In this document: one piece after another, positions 52,194 through 61,411 of the stretch
Position numbering within the stretch: position 1 is the first letter of the stretch
Layout of the letters: the number at the start of each line of letters is the position of its first letter
DNA from: Candidatus Hydrogenedentes bacterium UBA2224
Lineage (GTDB): Bacteria; Hydrogenedentota; Hydrogenedentia; Hydrogenedentales; SLHB01
NCBI GenBank assembly: GCA_002348185.1
Contig: DDYW01000104.1
Coordinates: 1 to 61,702 of the forward strand
Direction: 5' to 3'
Length of the DNA: 61,702 bases
Made by a program: the position numbers and the translations under genes
Notes under the pieces: generated by a model
Seen by the model: the letters and a program-made list of their open reading frames with translations, nothing else
Database searches by the model: none
Told to the model about the DNA's origin: nothing

Positions 52194-55100
52194 ATGAAAC
52201 TGCCAGTCAAGATACACGGCCTCCTTGCCGCCGTGGCTCTGGCCGCCCTCATACCTGCCTACGCCGCGCCGGTTGCGATTGACAGCCGATGGGGCAATAT
52301 CGAAGGGTCCTGGTCGTTCCGGACCGACCCCGAGGACGTCGGAGAGCGCGAGGGCTTCGCTCTGCCCGATTACGACGATTCGGCCTGGCAGCGGATACAG
52401 GTCCCGGGGCCCTGGGAGGCCCAGGCCGATGCGATGGACGCGCCTTCTCTCGGCGCGTATGACGGCGTCGCCTGGTACCGCCTCCGGCTGGTAATCCCTC
52501 CCGGATGGCGCGACAAGACACTCCAACTGGGTCTCGGAAGCGTGGACGACGAGGACCGCACCTATTTCAACGGGACGCGGGTGGGGGAGACGGGACCGAG
52601 TGTCGAGCGCGCGGTGCTCACGCTGCGGCGCTACACTGTTCCGGCATCGTGCCATCGGCCCGGCGGCGAAAACGTCCTGGCAATCCGGGTGAAAGACGGG
52701 GGCGGTCCCGGGGGCTTGATGGGTCCCATCCTGTATCTGCTCCCTGAAGACGAGGTAGACAACATGATGCGTCTCCCACAGTCCGAGCGGCCGCTTGAAC
52801 AACGGTTTCAAGAGCCCCCTGCCGACGCGCGCATCCTCAAGATCGTGCACAGCCTGCCCGATGAGCCCGGCGACCAGGACCGCCTGTTTCTGTCCCTGAT
52901 GTCGCAGGGGTTCGGCGGCATGGTCACCAATGTCGCCTTCGATCACTACATGGTCAATGAACCCAAATGGAAGGCCTTTATCCGCGGAGTGGATGCGGCG
53001 AAGACGCTCGGGATGTCGTTGTGGCTCTATGACGAATGCGGCTACCCGTCCGGGGCGGCGGGCGGGCTCACCCTTCGCGACCATCCCGAATATGAAGCCC
53101 GCGGCCTGAACATCGCGGATGCCCGGGTCGAGGGCGGCACGCTTACCCTCACGGCGCCGCCGGGTGCGCTTTTCCGCGCACTGGCGGTGCCTGTCAGGGA
53201 CGGCCGCGCGTCCACGGAAGGCGCCATCGACGTATCCTCCTTCGTGAAGGACGGCGCCCTGGTCTGGGACGCCCCTCCGGGCGACTGGCACGTCTTTGTA
53301 ATTACGGAGGATAGCCTGTACGACGGAACCCACGCGGCTGTAAGCCTCGCCTACAAACTCCCGTACATCAACCTCGTGCCTCCGGGTCCCACCGCTCGCT
53401 TCATCGAGGTCACGCACGCGGAATATGCGCGCCGCCTCGGCCCGGATCTGGGGCGGTATTTTGTGGCCACGTTCACCGATGAACCGTCGCTCATGAGCAT
53501 GTTCATGAAGAAGCAGGAACACCGCGTTCTGCCGTGGGGCGGCAATGTTGCTTCAGAGTTCCAGACGAGGCGGGGATACGCCATCGACCCCGGTCTGCCG
53601 GCCTTGTTTGTGGAGATGGGGCCCGAAGGCAAACGGTTCCGCTACGATTACTGGCGCACCATCGGCGAACTCGTCTCGGAGAACTTCTTTGGCCAGATTC
53701 AGACCTGGTGCCGCGAACACCATACGCTCAGCGGGGGCCACCTCCTCTGTGAGGAATCGTTCCTGGCGAGCGTGCCCCTCTACGGCGACTTCTTCAGGTG
53801 CGCCCGGCGTCTTGACGCTCCCAGCATCGATTGCCTGACCAGCTTGCCCGACGACGTGCCGTGGTTCGTGGCGCGGCTCATCAGCAGCGCCGCCGAACTC
53901 GAAGGCCGGACGGTCACCATGTGCGAGACCTCGGACCACGCGCAGCGGTACCGCCCCGAAGGCGACACCCGGCCCGTGCGCGAGGTCACCGAGGAGGAGA
54001 TCCGCGGCACCTGCAACCGGCTCATCCTGAACGGGATCAACACCATCACCAGCTACTATTCCTTCAGCGGCCTCGGCACGCACGAGATGACCTGCCTCAA
54101 CGAGTGGGTGGGGCGCTGCTGCACCATGCTTCGCGGCGGACACCAGGTCACGGATATCGCCCTGCTGTACCCCGTCGAATCCGCCTGGGTCCGGTTCACC
54201 CCCTCGCGGCACTGGGTCGCCGAAGCGTCCCCGGACGCGCACCGCATCGAGAGGGTCTTTCACGACGCCGAGGAAGCGCTGTTTCGTTCCGGGCGCGATT
54301 TTACCCATGTGGATGCCCGCACCCTGGCGGAAGCGACCGTGGCTAATGGTGTGCTCGAATTCCGGGATCTCCGCTGGCGCATCGTCGTTCTCCCGGATGC
54401 GGACACCCTGCCGCTCGCGGCCTGGGAAAACCTCGAACGCTTTTATCAGTCCGGCGGTGTTGTCGTCGCACTGACCTGCAGGCCCGTCAACAGCGATACG
54501 GAATTTCCTTCCCTCCGCGTCCGGGAACTTGGCACGGCGCTGTTTGGCGACGGAACCAGCGCGTCCATCACGACCAACACTGCCGGTGGCGCGGGCATCT
54601 TCCTGCCACCCGGCGCCGAAGGGCTCCTCCCGCACGTTCTCAACGGGGTCATCGACCCGGAGCTCGCCGTCACTCCCGCGGACACCCCCATACGCTCAAT
54701 GCACCGGCGCTTCTCCGGCCATGACGTCTACTTTGTCATCAACGACAGCGCTCAACCCTGGGAAGGCGCCCTGCGTTTCCCGGCGACGGGCGAGGGCGCA
54801 CAGTGGGATCCCGCAACCGGCCAGATGACTCCGCTCCAGGCCGACAGCGACGTGCCGGTTCGTCTCGCGGCCTACGGAGGCATGCTGTACACCTTCAAAG
54901 ACACCATTCCGCGTCCACGGAAGGAGATTCAGGCGGGCGACCTCCCCGGCATGGCCGTGCGGGCACTGCCCGCGGCATCGCCGGCGCCCCTGTGCGGAAC
55001 ATACGTCCAGGCGGCTATCGAGCCCGAACCCGCATCCATCTCCGCGGGACCGGCCGCGTGGCGTGTTGCGGGAACCATCACCAAAGAAGACGTGGACACC

Positions 55101-55463
55101 TTCCTGTTCGCCTCGTTCGATTACCCGCAACCCGCCGATCTCCGCGAATCCGCGTTTCTGGTCTTTGACGCCTGGCTGCCGCAACACCAGCACGCGGCCG
55201 CGCGGCTCCTGGTCATCATCTGCGACAGCTCCGGCGTCGAATACCTGGCCGAGACCGGCGTTCCTCTGAATGCGTCCGGTCAGCATGCCTGTCATGTGGC
55301 CCTGAACCGGTTTCAGCGGGCGGGATGGTGCGCCATCACTGATCGCCCGCTCGATTTCTCCCGAATCTCGAGCATACGGATCGGATGGGGCGGCTATCTG
55401 GGCGACGAGGGCGAAAACGTGACGTTCAGCATGAGCCCGCCCTGTCTTGCCTCGCTGGATTGA
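52194..55463 (+). CDS. Large secreted glycoside-hydrolase-like protein with GH2-type sugar-binding jelly-roll N-domain (possibly GH106/rhamnosidase-like)
   Basis: 1089 aa with signal peptide MKLPVKIHGLLAAVALAALIPAYA. DDSAWQRIQVPGPWE...YDGVAWYRLRLVIP...LGLGSVDDEDRTYFNGTRVG is the GH2_N-type galactose-binding-like domain. The family of the remainder is a guess. Confidence 0.65.
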   Translation: MKLPVKIHGLLAAVALAALIPAYAAPVAIDSRWGNIEGSWSFRTDPEDVGEREGFALPDYDDSAWQRIQVPGPWEAQADAMDAPSLGAYDGVAWYRLRLVIPPGWRDKTLQLGLGSVDDEDRTYFNGTRVGETGPSVERAVLTLRRYTVPASCHRPGGENVLAIRVKDGGGPGGLMGPILYLLPEDEVDNMMRLPQSERPLEQRFQEPPADARILKIVHSLPDEPGDQDRLFLSLMSQGFGGMVTNVAFDHYMVNEPKWKAFIRGVDAAKTLGMSLWLYDECGYPSGAAGGLTLRDHPEYEARGLNIADARVEGGTLTLTAPPGALFRALAVPVRDGRASTEGAIDVSSFVKDGALVWDAPPGDWHVFVITEDSLYDGTHAAVSLAYKLPYINLVPPGPTARFIEVTHAEYARRLGPDLGRYFVATFTDEPSLMSMFMKKQEHRVLPWGGNVASEFQTRRGYAIDPGLPALFVEMGPEGKRFRYDYWRTIGELVSENFFGQIQTWCREHHTLSGGHLLCEESFLASVPLYGDFFRCARRLDAPSIDCLTSLPDDVPWFVARLISSAAELEGRTVTMCETSDHAQRYRPEGDTRPVREVTEEEIRGTCNRLILNGINTITSYYSFSGLGTHEMTCLNEWVGRCCTMLRGGHQVTDIALLYPVESAWVRFTPSRHWVAEASPDAHRIERVFHDAEEALFRSGRDFTHVDARTLAEATVANGVLEFRDLRWRIVVLPDADTLPLAAWENLERFYQSGGVVVALTCRPVNSDTEFPSLRVRELGTALFGDGTSASITTNTAGGAGIFLPPGAEGLLPHVLNGVIDPELAVTPADTPIRSMHRRFSGHDVYFVINDSAQPWEGALRFPATGEGAQWDPATGQMTPLQADSDVPVRLAAYGGMLYTFKDTIPRPRKEIQAGDLPGMAVRALPAASPAPLCGTYVQAAIEPEPASISAGPAAWRVAGTITKEDVDTFLFASFDYPQPADLRESAFLVFDAWLPQHQHAAARLLVIICDSSGVEYLAETGVPLNASGQHACHVALNRFQRAGWCAITDRPLDFSRISSIRIGWGGYLGDEGENVTFSMSPPCLASLD

Positions 55464-55477
55464 GGCTCTGCCGGAAT

Positions 55478-57028
55478 TTACGGAGTCCGAAGGCCCTCGC
55501 CCCGGTGTTTCGTCAGCAGGGCCGCGAGCGCTTCCGCGATGTCCGGATGTTCCGCAATCACGTTGGCCTGTTCCCCGACATCCGTTTCCACGTTGTAGAG
55601 TTCCGGGGGAGATTGAAGCTGACCTTTCTTCATGGCGGCAGGGGGCTCGATGTATTTCCAGGGGCCCCTGCGCACGGCCAGGCCCCGGCCCTGTTCCAGA
55701 ATGAACGCGCTCCCGTGGGCCTCCTCGCCCAGAAGCGCGTCAAGGCAGTCCCTGCTGTCGCGGGCCGCCCCGTCTGGAATCTCCTGCCCCAGCATGCGGG
55801 CAAACGAAGCCAGGAAGTCCACCTGCGTTATCAACGCATCTGAGACCCCGGGAGCGACCCGGCCCGGCCAGCGTACGATCAGCGGAATCCGCGTACCGCC
55901 CTCATAAATCTGATACTTTCCGCCGCGGTACACCCCCGAGACGTCGTGACCGCGGTCCACTTCGGCCGTTGATGTGTGGACCGTCGTCCCGTCCTGGTAC
56001 CCGTCATCGTAGACGGGGCCGTTGTCGCTGGAGAAGATCACCAGGCTGTCGTTATCCAATCCCAGCCGCTCGATGGCCGCGAGAATCTCGCCTGCCGCCC
56101 AGTCCAGTTGAACCATCGCGTCCCCGCGGTAACTAAGCTCGCTACGGCCCCGGAATCGCGGATGAGGGGTGCGCGGGACGTGAATGTCCTGCGAAGAGAA
56201 GTACAGGAAGAAGGGCCGGTCCCGGTTCTCCGCAATGAACGCCCGGGCCTTGTCCACGAGTACATCCGCCATTGACTCATCGTCCCACAGGGCCGCCTTG
56301 CCGCCCTTCATGTAGCCGATGCGGCCGATTCCGTTGATGACGCTGTTGTTGTGCCCGTGTGAGCTGCCGTAATACGTCATGGCATCCGGGTTCACCTGCC
56401 CGTCCGGGTACGCCGTGCCCGGAACGCTTTCCTCAATGGGCGCGTTGTAGGAAACGGTGATGGGGTCGCCGGGGTCCAGGCTGACCACGCGGTCATTCTC
56501 CAGGTAGACGCAGGGCACCCGGTCGTTGGTCGCGGGAAGAATGAACGCGTACTCAAACCCGAGGTCCCGCGGGCCGGGCCGGATAACGCCGTTCCAGTCG
56601 ATCCGGTCCGCCCCGAGACCCAGATGCCATTTGCCGGTCACGCCGGTCCTGTACCCCGACCGCTGAAACACGTCAGCCAGCGTAAACTGCTCCGGTTCGA
56701 TGATCATCCGCGCGTCGCCGGGGAGCACCCCCGTTCCCTTCCTGCGAAACGGCATCTCGCCCGTAAGCAGCGCGTAGCGGGAAGGCGTGCAGGTGGCCGC
56801 CGCGCAATGGGCGTCCGTGAATCGCAGCCCTTCGGCGGCCATCCGGTCGAGGTTCGGCGTGGGAATCAGCGTCGCTCCATTCGCGCCCACATCGCCGTAA
56901 CCCACGTCGTCGCCGTAGATAATCACCACATTCGGATGCCGGGCGGCGTCGGCCCGGGCGCCATGCAGAACAAACAGCGGGCCCGCCGCCGCGCCCAGAA
57001 CCCCACCAAGAAATTGCCTGCGGTTCAT
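55478..57028 (-). CDS. Tat/Sec-signal S1-family (formylglycine-dependent) sulfatase
   Basis: GGAGG lies 6 nt upstream. MNRRQFLGGVLGAAAG is followed by PNVVIIYGDDVGYGDVG and the C-T-P-S-R formylglycine motif (CAAATCTPSRYALLTG). Confidence 0.92.
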   Translation of the reverse strand: MNRRQFLGGVLGAAAGPLFVLHGARADAARHPNVVIIYGDDVGYGDVGANGATLIPTPNLDRMAAEGLRFTDAHCAAATCTPSRYALLTGEMPFRRKGTGVLPGDARMIIEPEQFTLADVFQRSGYRTGVTGKWHLGLGADRIDWNGVIRPGPRDLGFEYAFILPATNDRVPCVYLENDRVVSLDPGDPITVSYNAPIEESVPGTAYPDGQVNPDAMTYYGSSHGHNNSVINGIGRIGYMKGGKAALWDDESMADVLVDKARAFIAENRDRPFFLYFSSQDIHVPRTPHPRFRGRSELSYRGDAMVQLDWAAGEILAAIERLGLDNDSLVIFSSDNGPVYDDGYQDGTTVHTSTAEVDRGHDVSGVYRGGKYQIYEGGTRIPLIVRWPGRVAPGVSDALITQVDFLASFARMLGQEIPDGAARDSRDCLDALLGEEAHGSAFILEQGRGLAVRRGPWKYIEPPAAMKKGQLQSPPELYNVETDVGEQANVIAEHPDIAEALAALLTKHRGEGLRTP

Positions 57029-57262
57029 GTGTCACCTCCGTGCAAGGCCCGAGCATTCCCTCCGCGTATTCTACCAGAGCGCCGATTCTGAGGCCGCCGG
57101 ACTTGCCGAGCCGGGTTTCTGCCAAGGTTGACCTTTGGTCAGAGATTATGTACAAATGGCCGCATGTGATCCGTATCGCGGCCACGTTGATGTGGCGCGG
57201 CATGTGCCGCGTTCCCGCAAGACGCGCTTCCCGGGTTGCCGTCAAGGAGAAGAAGTGAGGCC

Positions 57263-58618
57263 ATGAATACCGAAGTCAGAGTGAATCTCAACGTAGCCCT
57301 GGGTATTGCCCTCATCCTCATTGCCGTGCTCGCGTCCCCGCCCGTCCAGGCGGCCGAGGGGTTGCCGTGGTTCCGCGGACAGTTGCATGCGCACAGCTAC
57401 TGGTCGGACGGCCGGGCCTTTCCCGAACAGGCCGTCGACGCCTACAAACAGCGCGGATACCATTTCCTGAGCCTTACAGACCACAACCGCTTCCCGGAAG
57501 ACGCCGGCTATTGGTGCAAGGTGAGCGACGAGGACGGAAGCTGGCCGCCCAAGGTCTCGCATGAGATGTTTAACGCCTATGTGCAATCGTTCGGCGAGGA
57601 GTGGGTGGAAACCCGGACCGATGGCCCCGACACGTATGTCCGCCTCAAAACCTATGCCGAGGTGAAAGCCCGGTTCGAGGAGCCTGGAAAATTCCTGCTC
57701 ATGCCTGGAGTTGAGATCACCCAGACCCTCAACGGCGTGGCCGTACATCAAAACTACATCAATCTCCCGCTCGTCCTGCCCTGCATCACGGGGGCCGAGC
57801 TGGTCCAGAAGCTGGAAGGGGAACAGACCGTGGTGGATCTACTCCGGCCGAATGCCGCCGAAGCGCGGCAGGCCGCGGCGGAGCGCCAGGCGCCATACCT
57901 CTTCATGCTCGATCATCCGTTCTGGGTCTATTACGACATCGTTGCGCAGAATCTGATCGATTGCCCCGAAATCCGCTTTTTTGAGGTCTGCAATGGCGGT
58001 TCGGAATATGCCCCGCATCCCCAGGCGCTATCCTATACTCCCGGGAAGTTCTGGGACGCCGTCAATGCGTTTCGCCGTATCCAGGGACAGGATCTGCTCT
58101 ACGGGATCGGTTCCGATGACGCCCATTTCTATGATCCGCAGCGCATCGACAACGACGGCGGCGTGGGGGACGCCTGGGTCATGGTTCGCGCCGAAGCCCT
58201 GGCGCCCGAACTCCTGCTCGCGGCTATGCAGCGGGGCGATTTCTATGCCACGACCGGCGTCCTGCTCGAGGACGTGGCCTTTACCGAAGCGGACAAGACC
58301 TTGCGGGTCAAAGTCAAACCGGAAGAAGGCGCCGCGTACCGCATCCATTTCATCACCACGAAGCAGGGCTTTGACCCGGCCGTCACCGAGATCGCCAGCC
58401 CCGCCGAGGGCGACCGCCCCGCGCGGACCGTGCCGGTCTACTCGGAGGACATCGGCCGGCTCGTCAAAACCGTCGACGGCGCCGAGGCGGAATACACACT
58501 CGAGGCCGACGACCTCTATGTGCGGGCCTGCATCGAGTCGGACCGCCTCGGAAAGTTCACCCGGCATTTTCATCCGGAGGTGCAGACCGCATGGACCCAG
58601 CCTTACGCCCCTGAATAA
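57263..58618 (+). CDS. Secreted PHP-domain (polymerase/histidinol-phosphatase-like) metal-dependent phosphoesterase
   Basis: Trimmed to the ATG at 57263, giving signal/anchor ...VALGIALILIAVLASPPVQA. GQLHAHSYWSDG and LSLTDHN are PHP motifs 1-2, with later GSDDAH. Confidence 0.75.
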   Translation: MNTEVRVNLNVALGIALILIAVLASPPVQAAEGLPWFRGQLHAHSYWSDGRAFPEQAVDAYKQRGYHFLSLTDHNRFPEDAGYWCKVSDEDGSWPPKVSHEMFNAYVQSFGEEWVETRTDGPDTYVRLKTYAEVKARFEEPGKFLLMPGVEITQTLNGVAVHQNYINLPLVLPCITGAELVQKLEGEQTVVDLLRPNAAEARQAAAERQAPYLFMLDHPFWVYYDIVAQNLIDCPEIRFFEVCNGGSEYAPHPQALSYTPGKFWDAVNAFRRIQGQDLLYGIGSDDAHFYDPQRIDNDGGVGDAWVMVRAEALAPELLLAAMQRGDFYATTGVLLEDVAFTEADKTLRVKVKPEEGAAYRIHFITTKQGFDPAVTEIASPAEGDRPARTVPVYSEDIGRLVKTVDGAEAEYTLEADDLYVRACIESDRLGKFTRHFHPEVQTAWTQPYAPE

Positions 58619-58635
58619 GCGCGGGCAGGAGGGCC

Positions 58636-60150
58636 CTACAACTCCCAGCCAGCCCGATACTCTCGGGTAAGGTACGGATTTGCCTCCGGCACATTGGTGA
58701 TCTGCATGGCGGCGGCATCATAGACGACTTTTCGGCCCACCCGCAGGGCGACGGCCCCCAGGTTGATCGTGTCAGAGAGGGCCTCCGCTTCCAGGAAGCT
58801 GCCCGCTCCCGCGGCGCCCCCTCTGCACGCCGCGAGCCACTGCGTCACCCCTGGCGCGAGTGCGCGGCGGTCGCGCTGACCCGGTTCTTCCGGTTTGGAC
58901 TCCGCGTAGGCGCGCATTTTCTGTTTCGGGATGATGCGCGGTTCCTGCAGACTGAACCCGGAGAGGATTTTCCCCGTATCTCCGACAAACATCATCCCCT
59001 CCGCCGGCATCGACTCGGCGTCTTCCTCCAGTTCATCGGGGGTGAGCGGACGCATTCCCCCGTCGTACCAGAACAGGTCGAGCGCGGGCCGGTCGCCTTT
59101 TGCCGTGAACTGGAACCGGATGGTGCACGCAACCGGGAACGACCAGTCGTTGCGGATCACCCGGCTCACCTGCCCGTCTATCGCCGCCACGTGGCTGGGC
59201 GTCGCCTCGGCGCTCACGGGCGCGTCCAGCTCCAGCGCCTTGAACACCGCCCACAGGCTGTAATGCCCCATATCCGCAATCGCGCCGCCCCCGAAATCGT
59301 ACCAGCCCCGAAACACCGCATGCGTGTAGTGGGGATGATAGGCACGTTCCAGAGCCGGGCCAAGCCAGAGGTCCCAGTCAAACCCCTCGGGGACCGGGGG
59401 CGTCTCCTGCGGCAGGGTCGCGTATTGCGGCCACACCGGCCGGTTCGACCAGTTGTGCACCTCGCGCAGCGTCCCGATCGCCCCGTCCCGAATCCACGCC
59501 ATAATCGTGTCCATCGAACCGTTGCCTGACCACGCCAGCAGGTACGTGGCCACGCCCGTTCGCCGCGCGGTTTCCAGCACGAGCCGTGACTCCCGGATCC
59601 GGTTGGCCAGAGGCTTGTGCATCATGACGTGTTTGCCGTGGTTCATGGCCGCAATGGCAATCGTCGCGTGCAGATGATCCGGAGTCATGATCTTGACCGC
59701 GTCGACGTCCGGCTCCTTCGCCAGCAGTTCGCGGAAATCGGCGTACGACGAAACGCCCTTGAACGAGTCGGCGCCGCGCTGGGCCGCGTAAAACGTCTGG
59801 ATGACTTCCCGGCCGACTTCCCGTCCGCCGGGAATGCCCCCTGACCCCGCCCGCCAGTCCGGCTGGCCCAGAAGCCGTCCGATCTCGTTCCGCAGACCGT
59901 CCCGGCTCCAGTCCACATAGTCGGTGCTTTCGGTGTTCGGGTCGCATACGCTGACGAGCTGGATCTCCGGCGCGTTGAGCAAGCCTCCCAGCTCGCGCAG
60001 TCCCTGCGTCCCCAAACCGATGCAGGCCAGCGTGATCTTGTCGTTGGGGGCGACGTAGCCCTGCCCCAGAACATGCCTCGGAACCACTTGGAACACGGCC
60101 GACGCCATGGCGGCCCCCAGAAATCTCCGGCGGTTGATCGGCGTTCGCAT
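58636..60150 (-). CDS. Tat-signal Gfo/Idh/MocA-family NAD(P)-dependent oxidoreductase (possibly a GH109-like NAD-dependent glycosidase)
   Basis: GGGAGGG lies upstream. The twin-arginine signal is MRTPINRRRFLGAAMASAVF. The Rossmann motif is ITLACIGLGTQG, and the MMHKPLA motif is the EKP equivalent. 504 aa. Confidence 0.85.
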   Translation of the reverse strand: MRTPINRRRFLGAAMASAVFQVVPRHVLGQGYVAPNDKITLACIGLGTQGLRELGGLLNAPEIQLVSVCDPNTESTDYVDWSRDGLRNEIGRLLGQPDWRAGSGGIPGGREVGREVIQTFYAAQRGADSFKGVSSYADFRELLAKEPDVDAVKIMTPDHLHATIAIAAMNHGKHVMMHKPLANRIRESRLVLETARRTGVATYLLAWSGNGSMDTIMAWIRDGAIGTLREVHNWSNRPVWPQYATLPQETPPVPEGFDWDLWLGPALERAYHPHYTHAVFRGWYDFGGGAIADMGHYSLWAVFKALELDAPVSAEATPSHVAAIDGQVSRVIRNDWSFPVACTIRFQFTAKGDRPALDLFWYDGGMRPLTPDELEEDAESMPAEGMMFVGDTGKILSGFSLQEPRIIPKQKMRAYAESKPEEPGQRDRRALAPGVTQWLAACRGGAAGAGSFLEAEALSDTINLGAVALRVGRKVVYDAAAMQITNVPEANPYLTREYRAGWEL

Positions 60151-60258
60151 GCCTCATCCCTCCCGGCGCCTCCGCGCAGCGTTTTCAATGCTCCGGAAAC
60201 CCGTCACCGCGGCGGCCTGCCCGCTCAGGCTCTGGAACGGGCCGAACCGCATTCAGTA

Positions 60259-61221
60259 TTACACCACCTCGATCGTCGACGGCGGTTTGGTCGTAATGTT
60301 GTACGTGACGCTCACGACGCCCGGCACCGCCTCGATGATCCCGCGCGACAGCGCTTCGAGAACCTCAAAGGAAAGCCGCGTCGGCGAGGCCGTGCGCGCA
60401 TCCACGCTGTCCCAGCACCGTACCTCGATTTGCTGGCCGAATTCGCGTTTGCCGTCGCGCATGCCCGTCACCCGGTCTTCGTGAAAGATGGCCAGGTACT
60501 GAAAGGCCCCGCTGTCCTGGAGCAGCCGTTCCACCACAGCGGTCGCCTTGCGAACCGTCGCAATGCGTTCCGGCGTCACCGCCCCAATCACGCGCGCCGA
60601 GAGCGCCGGGCCGGGGAACGGTATGCGCTCGAAGAGCGCCGCGGGCAGCCCCAGAGCCTTGCCCACCTTTCTGACGCTGTCTTTCCGCAACTGGATCAGC
60701 GGTTCGAGGATGCGGTAGCCAAACGCCTTTTCGGGGCTTATCCCAAGCTGTTCGAACACGTTGTGTTGACGCTTGATCCCCGCGACCGTTTCGTCCACGT
60801 CCGTCAGAATCGTCCCCTGAAGCAGGTGCTTCGCGCCGCTGCTCGCGACGATCTTGCCGAAGACGTCCTTGTAAAAGGTCTGGGTGATGGCCTCGCGCTT
60901 CTCCTCCGGGTCCGTGATGCCCCGAAGTGCCCCAAAGAACGCTTCGCGGGCATCTACTACCTCGACCGTCACCCCGAGTTGCTCGAAAAACCCCACGACC
61001 TGTTCGGGCTCGCCCTCGCGCATCAGGCCGTTGTCCACAAAGACCGTCCGCAGACGCCCGCCCAGGGCACGGTGCCCCAGCATCGTGACGGCCGACGAAT
61101 CCACGCCCCCCGACAATGCATTGATCGCTGTGCCGTCCCCGACGGCCGTGCGAATCTCGCGGACTTTCTCTTCGATGAACCGCTCCGCGTCCAGTTCCTG
61201 AAACGTGATTTCCTTAATCAT
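60259..61221 (-). CDS. guaA: GMP synthase ATP-pyrophosphatase domain only (GuaA C-terminal half / archaeal subunit-B-like), with no glutamine amidotransferase domain
   Basis: Track ORF 60259..61353 trimmed to the ATG at 61221 (GAGGAG upstream). The PP-loop is ALSGGVDSS. GTILTDVDE, FPGPALSARV and the C-terminal NITTKPPSTIEVV parallel the GuaA ATP-PPase and dimerisation domains. At 320 aa it has no class-I GATase part. Confidence 0.8.
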   Translation of the reverse strand: MIKEITFQELDAERFIEEKVREIRTAVGDGTAINALSGGVDSSAVTMLGHRALGGRLRTVFVDNGLMREGEPEQVVGFFEQLGVTVEVVDAREAFFGALRGITDPEEKREAITQTFYKDVFGKIVASSGAKHLLQGTILTDVDETVAGIKRQHNVFEQLGISPEKAFGYRILEPLIQLRKDSVRKVGKALGLPAALFERIPFPGPALSARVIGAVTPERIATVRKATAVVERLLQDSGAFQYLAIFHEDRVTGMRDGKREFGQQIEVRCWDSVDARTASPTRLSFEVLEALSRGIIEAVPGVVSVTYNITTKPPSTIEVV

Positions 61222-61411
61222 GGGCCGTTTGCTCCTCGTAAAACCCCAGAGCCTGCGTGATTCCCGCCGCGCGCGGACCGTGACCCCATGCCCTCGTCCG
61301 CCGTGTGGGAGAGCGGTCTGTTCCCCTATTAAGCCATAACTCAGGGCGCACACGCTACTCCACGAAGGGCAGAGGCATCAAGGGGCACCCGAATCATCCG
61401 GAAAACTCGAC

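Noticed and set aside
61222-61411. A purine/guanine or ZTP riboswitch in the leader of the guaA-like gene.
   Set aside because: By eye there is no purine-aptamer three-way-junction signature (UAUAAU...GGAUAUGG...CUACCGGG...CCGUAAAU). There are also no ZTP pfl-motif blocks (GGGUCGUGACUGGCG...CCGCCUGGGC). This should be confirmed with Rfam/Infernal.
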